Source: a virus. From it: a stretch of 64,000 nt of DNA. Below, one piece after another: positions 58,901-64,000 of the stretch (position 1 is the stretch's first letter; every line of letters begins with the position of its first letter). Made by a program: the position numbers and the translations under genes. The stretch lies in the IMG/VR virus record IMGVR_UViG_3300047557_002467, positions 1 through 64,000 of that record; one strand, 5' to 3'. The notes under the pieces are model-generated. The model saw only the letters and a program-made list of their open reading frames with translations. It was not told the DNA's origin and ran no database searches.

Positions 58901-60950
58901 ATCCATTTCCATAGGTTATTGCCCTCCAAGGAAGGCTTGGAAAATTGCTACCTGATACTGCTCTCCAGTAAGTTCCTTCGTTAAATTGATTACCTTGTAA
59001 AGTTGAATCACCAATAACATCTATAGGTCCATTAACGACCAAACTTCCAGTGATAGATGTTGAACCAGTAAATTGTTGAGTATTGGAAAGACTGTTTCCA
59101 AAAATATTAGAACCTGATGAATATATTACAGACGAGGTCACAGTCTGTACTACTAAAGTCTGTGCTGTTATTGTGCCAGATATTAGTGCATTACTTGCTG
59201 TAACGTTACCTCTTACAAAAAAATTGTCAGCTGAGGATGCTGTTGCTGCAGTTGATGAACTTACTGCAGTTGATGCGGATATTGCAACTGAAGAGCTCAT
59301 TGCCCAGCTTGCAGTACCAAATAACGATCCAGTTATTCCTCGATTAACTTTTAAACTACCACTAATTTCTAGTGAACCTGTAATGCTGTGTTCATTGTTA
59401 GGATTAAGCTGTAGTTTATTGTTAGCTGTTACGTCAGAACCACCTACAAAGAAACCTAAATGCTTGTTTGGAGAAGCATTACCAATGTGAAACTCCGAAC
59501 CTGTATTGAAAACATACGCATCATTAGGTCCACCAAGAAAACCACTATAGTTTTCACTGTTGATACCCATGTTAACATAGTTACCACTCTCATTACCATT
59601 ATTAGCAGTAGCTACTACATCAGAAGAAGCATTAGTACCTTGATTGGTATTTTGAATATTAAGCTGTAAGTAATTATCCAAATTACCTTTACCGCTTATA
59701 ACATTGTAAGAAGTTGTACTTGGCTGCCAAACATACAAAGCTTCAGGTGCATCACTTGTATTTCCTGTCTGGTTTATAATAACACTAAACGATCCTGACT
59801 GAAATATACTACTTGTTGCAAGTGTGTTGGTAGTATTAAATAAAGGAATGTACGTAGGTGTGCCTGCAATGTTGGCTATTGAACCACTAAAGTTTCCTGT
59901 AAATGAACCTGTGAATGATCCTGATAAGCTACCAGTTCCTAAATAAGATCCTGTTAAGGTTGCTGCACCTGTAAATGAACCTGTTAAATTTCCTACTCCT
60001 GTGAATGAACCAGTAAATGAAGCTGTAGTGTAAGAAGAACTAAATGTTAAGAATGATCCTGATAGTAGACTAATACTTGCACTTAGTGATGCACTAGTCT
60101 GTAGAAAGCTTCCTGATAATAAAGCAATACTACTACTGAAAGAAGCACTATCAATTAAATAAGATCCAGTGAATGAATTAAAAGAAGAGGTAAGTGTATA
60201 AGCAGGTGCTAAACTAGCTGTGTCTGCTATCGATGAACTTATACTGCGACTTGATGTACCAAATAATGAGCCTGTTAAATTAGTTATGTTAACTGGTCCG
60301 TAAAAGCTACTTGATCCGTATACACTAAGTGAACCGGTTATAGAAGTTGATCCAGTAAGTTGTTGTGTGTTTGATAGTTGATTACCAAAAATATTTGATC
60401 CTGAACTGTATACTACTGAAGAGCTTATAGTTACTACTTGTAATGTTTGTGCTGTTATTGTACCACTAAAAAGTGCGTTACTTGCTGTAATGTTACCTCT
60501 TACTAAAAAGTCATCTGCAGATGATGCTGTAAGAGCGTAAGAAGAAGTTATTGCGTATGAAGCTGTTAAAGAGGTTGGTGCGTGGCTAGCTGAGACAGCG
60601 TAAGAAGAGCTAAGTGCATAGCTACTGCTTACTGCATTAGAAGAACTAACAGAAAAGGAGCTTGTAAGAGAATATGATGCACTAGTTGCTGTGTTAGCAT
60701 TACCAGCATTATTAGCAAATAAAGAAGTTGAGGCACTACCTGCTGTAGCGGCATAATCGGCATAAGAAGCAGTCGAAATGCTACCACTTGTAGATGCGAT
60801 TTCTACAATTGATTGACTTACACCAGTATCTCTTTTAAAGTATATTTTACCGTCGTAGGTATTGACAGCTAATTCACCTAAATCAACTTGATCAATAGTA
60901 GGCGCTTTACCGGGTACGGCACTGCGTTTCAGTTCTATCTTAACTGCCAT
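52989..60950 (-). CDS. Giant modular S/T-rich tail fibre (2653 aa) with Mtd-like N-terminus and Asp-box beta-propeller
   Basis: KRSAVPGKAP...GELAVNTYDGKIYFK N-terminus; SASYA and GSLFGTASWA repeats; S.DG..W Asp-box repeats at ~58080-58970. Confidence 0.85.
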   Translation of the reverse strand: MAVKIELKRSAVPGKAPTIDQVDLGELAVNTYDGKIYFKRDTGVSQSIVEIASTSGSISTASYADYAATAGSASTSLFANNAGNANTATSASYSLTSSFSVSSSNAVSSSYALSSSYAVSASHAPTSLTASYAITSSYALTASSADDFLVRGNITASNALFSGTITAQTLQVVTISSSVVYSSGSNIFGNQLSNTQQLTGSTSITGSLSVYGSSSFYGPVNITNLTGSLFGTSSRSISSSIADTASLAPAYTLTSSFNSFTGSYLIDSASFSSSIALLSGSFLQTSASLSASISLLSGSFLTFSSSYTTASFTGSFTGVGNLTGSFTGAATLTGSYLGTGSLSGSFTGSFTGNFSGSIANIAGTPTYIPLFNTTNTLATSSIFQSGSFSVIINQTGNTSDAPEALYVWQPSTTSYNVISGKGNLDNYLQLNIQNTNQGTNASSDVVATANNGNESGNYVNMGINSENYSGFLGGPNDAYVFNTGSEFHIGNASPNKHLGFFVGGSDVTANNKLQLNPNNEHSITGSLEISGSLKVNRGITGSLFGTASWAMSSSVAISASTAVSSSTAATASSADNFFVRGNVTASNALISGTITAQTLVVQTVTSSVIYSSGSNIFGNSLSNTQQFTGSTSITGSLVVNGPIDVIGDSTLQGNQFNEGTYWRAVSGSNFPSLPWRAITYGNGLFVAAAQRSGAAVSTTGSIATSPDGVNWTFRTLPSLTSLINVTYQNGIFVAVGHLNQRSFYSYDGINWFNGVGLGGQGYGITYGKDKFVVTKIDNSLNRIDISYNGVNWQGVSTPATMDLPWTSVTYANDRYVAVAESTVSGSIAISSDGISWNNVTRPSAGTLTTYNITYGKGLFVVTCNQGKVMTSPDGINWTVRDTPLTGLIWKCIFAGGVFIAAGCFSTSQNRFIYSVDGITWEEAITPALNDWSGFAYGNGLLLGVSFNGTNSSALIVSSGVMNSFITQNDNITHGRQIYTDGLILSGSFNISGSQRITGSLNVNSGITGSLFGTSSWAVSASHAPSALTSSFAVSASYAVSSSNSVSSSYALSSSVSVSSSYALSSSVSVSSSYALSGSNSISASYAISASNAQSASVSVSSSYALSSSFAVSSSNAVSSSYAFSASYSQTSSFSLNTISASYALTASHALTASSADDFFVRGNLTASNALISNTLTAQTLVVQTVTSSIVYSSGSNIFGNQLTNTQQFTGSVSVTGSLTVNGASTFNGRVTANNLTGSLFGTASWALNATTASHAPTALSASYAISASNALSSSYAFSSSNAISSSNSITASFAFNAGLLDGTGSRVFATTGSNVFIGSQTVTGSLFTSGSNTLIGTTFLTGALNISGSETINGYIQFEPVTTNINNSISASYIYVSGSTQDLYFTQNSKGYNNTTRLRWLEGNLYTGLLNGGLITTQSSTVYNVSSGSGIIVNLNASLNDNPYPTIQYLNWGNLTASIAPLTASYQQAFVSIDSTGNIFQQGTPYSDGQFDTVINVGVVLFQNGSTINAVKTQPSVAYGFEQSQNIFNRAFGPLKLSGFTLAPSGSSTGSLVVGSGTAYAPGSNYTIDPNNPSYAIDPGTQTSKIYRYYQSGSSWVYLTNAGAGFGAIDPQNYSNNGTLTNVGAGNWSIQRVFWFPNSVAKAIIVYYGNNIYTTEADAIANLNIESFVEAPNTAANAVYLGAIVINGTGVFTSANDFTILPGGLFRQVGGSGGGGSVITQTLAGLSDVSISGPTNLQPFAYSTTAGKWINTSIISASLVGNASTATSASFSISASYALSSSNAQTSSHALFAISSSFAATASSADDFLVRSNLTASNALINNTLTVQTIVAQTITSSTDFVTGSTRFGSLLSNTHQFTGSVSITGSLSLNNVPIPTGTGASGQVTYWTGANTQTGSNNLFWDATNSRLGLNVVAPTATVQISGSSNSNLLLAGSPISSSIFSISGSGQVNVGVPFIFNATPRSFNVYGESLFQTANGAPNSVYIGSNTSTTVGAGLLVTPTQLISNQNNGTFTIIGDNINIGSRIILNARNLDTGSLILGANNINTVKIYGTGRVGIQTGGTFVDSGENLQVSGSAKITNNLTVTGSFIVVTGSLREFEVRQTGVDIGSVITDFHTVTGSLNISGSLRATSITSSLLGTASYAVQALSSSFAVSASQAVSSSFTVSSSQAVSSSYALSSSNSITSSFAISSSQATTASFVLNAVSASFALTASSVNPLFQNVELYGRLTNLSASVILQSSASAQANALEIRTPGGSTVIQLRNNGTAQFNDLVQTPYLTGLSDGPVVTNSTGWMFGPSFAIAASAKVHISGSTNNSVLFRIDSPSFNNILRVSGSGFIGVNQELPIFNLDVSGSGRYTQGLQVTGSLNAPIITGSLFGTASWAQNAQTASFVLNAISASFAATASSADNFLVRQNLTSSNAVVTGTLTAQTLVVQTVTSSIVYSSGSNIFGNDLANRQILTGSVSITGSLTVNGPSTFNGPVTANNLTGSLFGTASYATQALSASFATTASFAASGSISVSSSYALSSSYAINASSGSNFVITNTYRFNGSLNDSATVISSIAGTNNLFTQPTGSFTAGFYKYTVTNGTNARTGEVMAVWNGGNVEFTDFSTVDLGSTLVVTASVVIASAEAQFNIITNTSGWNIKALATYL
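57723..57818. repeat. 36-bp tandem repeat (~2.7 copies) inside the fibre gene
   Basis: ACTTAAAGCATAnGAAGAACTAACACTAACACTACT starting at 57723, 57759 and 57795; encodes SSSVSVSSSYAL. Confidence 0.9.
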
Positions 60951-61020
60951 ATATAGGACGCTTTAAAAGTATATACTAACGAATACAAGGGCTTATATAA
61001 GCCGGTAATAAATAGTATAA

Positions 61021-61809
61021 TTAATAGAACCCTCCATCTATTCCAGTGCCAATCATAGAACCAGAAATGGATTGAGGGAACTCTTCGTTTGGAATAAATG
61101 GTAATATGAGACTTGAAGAAAGATTTGTAGATCCTGTAACTTGCAAACTTCCAGATAGTATAATAAGATTTGGATTAATACCGTTAAGAGCGTTAATTAT
61201 ACGAAGTAAGTGCTCAGCCTCTATTATAGCTCCAGGTCTTATACCTGTTGTTGGTATTGTTCCGTTGACAGGTGTTGGTACTTGATAGAGGATAGGAACG
61301 CCTGCTACATTAGAACCTGAAGTAAATGTTACGCTGGTGCCTGGAATGCTGTAACCTGTTAGATTGTTTAGATAGTTTATAATATCGTTTACAGAACCAC
61401 TACTTAATGCTGATGAAGCACTAATTATATACCCACTGGCTGTTGGTAAATTGTAGCCGGTTAGCTGGTTAATTGTAGATATTATGCTGTTTATAGATCC
61501 ACTTCCTGTTGCCATAGACGATGTTGCTAAAGATCCACTTGTTTGAGGTAATGTATAACCTGATACTTGGTTAATATAATTAATTAAGTTATTTACTGAT
61601 CCTGTTCCTGCTGTGAAAGATGAAGTAGTTTCAGGTGTATCTTCAGTAGGTATTAGAAATCCCGACAATGAGTTCACTAAACCTATGATACTATTCACAG
61701 AACCACTTGCATTAGATACAGAAGCTGTTACAACAGACCCGCTAGGTATTGGTATCCTAAAGTCTGTTATAGAGTTAATTTGCGATATAATGTCAGATAG
61801 TGCACTCAC
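61021..61809 (-). CDS. Putative virion protein with 34-aa tandem repeats
   Basis: GS[VI]N.[IL]I..[VIL]N.[LV][ST]G[FY].[IL]P repeated with an exact 34-aa period; ends IDGGFY. Confidence 0.75.
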   Translation of the reverse strand: MSALSDIISQINSITDFRIPIPSGSVVTASVSNASGSVNSIIGLVNSLSGFLIPTEDTPETTSSFTAGTGSVNNLINYINQVSGYTLPQTSGSLATSSMATGSGSINSIISTINQLTGYNLPTASGYIISASSALSSGSVNDIINYLNNLTGYSIPGTSVTFTSGSNVAGVPILYQVPTPVNGTIPTTGIRPGAIIEAEHLLRIINALNGINPNLIILSGSLQVTGSTNLSSSLILPFIPNEEFPQSISGSMIGTGIDGGFY

Positions 61810-62666
61810 TGTACTAATTCTGTACTAAATACAACTTTACAAATGTTATATGTCTTACTAGTCAACTGTGCAAGGTATGCATTAAGTGAATCAGGAATGA
61901 GATAACCGTTTAAATTCATAGTAAACTCAGTCTTAATTAGCCTGTCTTCACCTTGATCATAGGTCTGTGCATCAGTAAACGAGTCAATCTTAGTAAGAAA
62001 TTGAAATCTAGAAGGATCACCCCAGTAACTATTAGAAGCAAAGTTAAGAGCCTCTATCAATTTATCCATCTGTTCAATGTAGTTTGTCCACATTATACAC
62101 CTATAGTTGATAGTAACATAGTCGGGTGTCACTACTACATAGTATTCCTTTTGAGGTATCTGATTCTGTAATGTAAAGAAGTTGTCGTAGATGTTTCTAC
62201 GATTAAACAACTTTTCAAATAACTGTACATTATACGCTCTATTACCGTCTAGCTTATTACCTAAGTTTCTTCTCTGTTCAATCGATTCTCTTTTGAACAT
62301 AATAAGAGGCGACATGATTTGTGAAGCATTATTTCTATAGTAGCCGTCAGCTTGTACTGCTTTCCATTTTTCTGGTGAACCGTATATGATTGGCACTAGA
62401 ATGGTGTCGTTGTTTTGGAAAACCTCTAACTTAAGATGTTGATTGAAGTAATACATGATTGCTTCATCGATGTCTTTTATGCCTATAGAAAATTTCTTAG
62501 TAGGCTCTTCATCATAACTTGTCTCATATGCTCTGTTAAACTCAGGTTGACCAGGTTTAAAAGGCTCTGAGTAGATGATATTTGGATTACCGTACTCAGG
62601 ATCTTTTGGTACGATGATCTTATCGAGAAACTCTCTTCTGTTCTGTGGTCTAACTTGCTGTGGCAT
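61806..62666 (-). CDS. Tail terminator / sheath stabilizer (T4 gp15-like)
   Basis: IKDIDEAI, VPIIYGSPEKW, PLIMFKR, PDYVTINY...WT..IEQMDKLIE. Confidence 0.75.
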   Translation of the reverse strand: MPQQVRPQNRREFLDKIIVPKDPEYGNPNIIYSEPFKPGQPEFNRAYETSYDEEPTKKFSIGIKDIDEAIMYYFNQHLKLEVFQNNDTILVPIIYGSPEKWKAVQADGYYRNNASQIMSPLIMFKRESIEQRRNLGNKLDGNRAYNVQLFEKLFNRRNIYDNFFTLQNQIPQKEYYVVVTPDYVTINYRCIMWTNYIEQMDKLIEALNFASNSYWGDPSRFQFLTKIDSFTDAQTYDQGEDRLIKTEFTMNLNGYLIPDSLNAYLAQLTSKTYNICKVVFSTELVQ

Positions 62667-62667
62667 A

Positions 62668-63159
62668 TTATAGTCTTTCTTTTGCTATACCCAATCTCTC
62701 TGGAGAAGTTAGGTGAGTGAAACAAATTATTGAGAAGCTCTGACCAAAGTTCTGTAAACCGTTTGAATAAGCATAAGAGTTGTCCTTACCTAAGAAGAAT
62801 TGATTTTCGTTGACATTATCTACTTCATAGTAAAGCTCGTTGTACATAATAATATCACCTGTTTCTGGCACTACGTTGGCTATTGTTAGGTCATCTCTTA
62901 AGAATCTAAACTCTGTATCTCTTCTTGTGTCAGGACCAAAGTTATCACTTACTGTAGTGAAGTCACCTCTAACTATCAAACAGTTAAGCAAGACAGGACC
63001 AATGTAACTTTTTACTAAGGCTTCACCGTATATGTTGGCTGGTGAATCGTTCAGTACTATCTGATAATATCCTACCTGCTGAGTTACTACGTTACCTACA
63101 AACTCAGAAGCTACACCTACTTGCATTAATGCATCTCTAGTTGATCCGAATAGTGCCAT
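62668..63159 (-). CDS. Neck / head-closure protein (gp14-like)
   Basis: NIYGEA, PETGDII.Y....YEVDNV; lies between the gp13-like and gp15-like genes. Confidence 0.65.
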   Translation of the reverse strand: MALFGSTRDALMQVGVASEFVGNVVTQQVGYYQIVLNDSPANIYGEALVKSYIGPVLLNCLIVRGDFTTVSDNFGPDTRRDTEFRFLRDDLTIANVVPETGDIIMYNELYYEVDNVNENQFFLGKDNSYAYSNGLQNFGQSFSIICFTHLTSPERLGIAKERL

Positions 63160-63160
63160 T

Positions 63161-64000
63161 TTACCCTATGTATACTTGTAAAGGAATATTATTAAGAGTA
63201 TTTTGTAACGAATCATTCTCAGATTGCTTTCTTTGTAACTGAGCTTGCCTTGACATATCCTCTAAGTCTTGTCTCAGCTTCTCTCTTAATGTTGTCTGCA
63301 TTGCTTGACCTCTTGAAATTAAGTCGGTATAGTTAAGTGTTACCTCACTACCAGGTACTGCTACCTGTTGATACTTACCTCTAATAAGTCCTAATATTTC
63401 TGATGTCAGAGCAGCTGTATATTCCTTGATCCATTGCTTGCCAGGTTGATTAATATCTCCATATGTGATAAGACCGTAGGGTGCTAAAGAAGGATTTGCA
63501 ACAAGTCCTTGATTAGCTCCATAAGGACTATTCTCTGTAAGACTCATTAGGTCTGATTGGAAGCAATACTGAATAGACACATATCTACCACCAACCATTG
63601 GAACAGGCATTATTCTTAACATTGTTCCTATAATTTCAAAGCTCCAGTTAGGCAATCTAACTGTGTTTGACATCTCAAGTTGTTGTATTCTTTGTATATC
63701 CCAATAAACTGGATAGAGAGTTGCACTATTAGAACCTCCACCTACACCAACACCTGCACCCATTCCATATCCACCCCAATCACCTGGCCATGCACCTGCA
63801 CCACCTAACTGAGGGTAGTATGCACCATAACCGTATCCATAGATAGCAGGAGGTGCTTGATACATTACTCTTTGTACTATTAATCTATCAGTAGCAGACA
63901 TACCTTGTGTACTTCTTGCCCAATCATACAAATCGTAACTTTGTACACTTGCAGTGAGCATCAATGAACCTGATTTCCACGACACAAATCCACCTACACC
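63161..64000 (-). CDS. Neck protein (gp13-like), 5'-truncated by window edge
   Basis: Frame open to 64000; LRIMPVP, QWIKEYTAAL..EILGLIRGKY..V.VPG..VTLN. Confidence 0.78.
   Translation of the reverse strand, partial: GVGGFVSWKSGSLMLTASVQSYDLYDWARSTQGMSATDRLIVQRVMYQAPPAIYGYGYGAYYPQLGGAGAWPGDWGGYGMGAGVGVGGGSNSATLYPVYWDIQRIQQLEMSNTVRLPNWSFEIIGTMLRIMPVPMVGGRYVSIQYCFQSDLMSLTENSPYGANQGLVANPSLAPYGLITYGDINQPGKQWIKEYTAALTSEILGLIRGKYQQVAVPGSEVTLNYTDLISRGQAMQTTLREKLRQDLEDMSRQAQLQRKQSENDSLQNTLNNIPLQVYIG

Noticed and set aside
35138-59669. Many plus-strand ORFs (e.g. 48242-48862, 44576-44971, and 20173-20709 outside this span)
   Set aside because: They are antisense shadows of repetitive or codon-biased minus-strand genes (PTAVL mirrors NTAVG) and have no independent signals.
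33856-60950. Diversity-generating retroelement acting on fibres or LamG proteins
   Set aside because: There is no reverse transcriptase in the window and no non-coding template repeat differing only at adenines. Repeat differences involve all bases, mostly synonymous.
62483-62725. 80-aa minus-strand ORF
   Set aside because: It overlaps two well-supported neck and terminator genes in another frame.
1-64000. Stop-codon reassignment
   Set aside because: Genes up to 8.7 kb are intact in code 11 with high coding density, and TAA, TAG and TGA all end genes.
1-64000. tRNA or rRNA genes
   Set aside because: Intergenic gaps are short and no cloverleaf or T-loop signature was recognised; tRNAscan was not run.

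Overview
This window is 64 kb of an AT-rich, large contractile-tailed (T4-like myovirus) phage genome. Every credible gene is on the minus strand. Read in transcription direction (64000 to 1) it contains: (1) neck and tail-terminator genes; (2) a ~28 kb fibre/adhesin array with a 2653-aa S/T-rich modular fibre, two giant NTAVG-repeat fibres ending in Peptidase S74 chaperones, and four LamG-like proteins; (3) a ~6 kb enzyme island with three glycosyltransferases, two methyltransferases, a sulfotransferase, APS kinase, a HIGH-type nucleotidyltransferase and DUF2061; (4) sheath, tube, frameshifted tail chaperones, tape measure and baseplate/amidase genes; (5) a replication block (short atypical family-A polymerase, gp32-like SSB, UvsX/RecA, DenV, 5'-3' exonuclease, gp41-like helicase), class II RNR, divergent queD/queE, an HNH-NUMOD3 endonuclease and small ORFs. 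Two promoter classes are visible: GTTG-N20-TAnnTT, which is Bacteroidota-like and suggests a Bacteroidota host, and a TATTTAT motif ahead of mostly structural genes. The best candidate for a new system is a phage-encoded glycosylation/sulfation/methylation pathway. It is paired with a [S/T]-[G/A]-S tripeptide that saturates predicted surface-exposed virion proteins and is absent from internal ones, which suggests a sequon-directed, proteoglycan-like virion coat. Functional calls come from motif recognition by eye; no searches were run.
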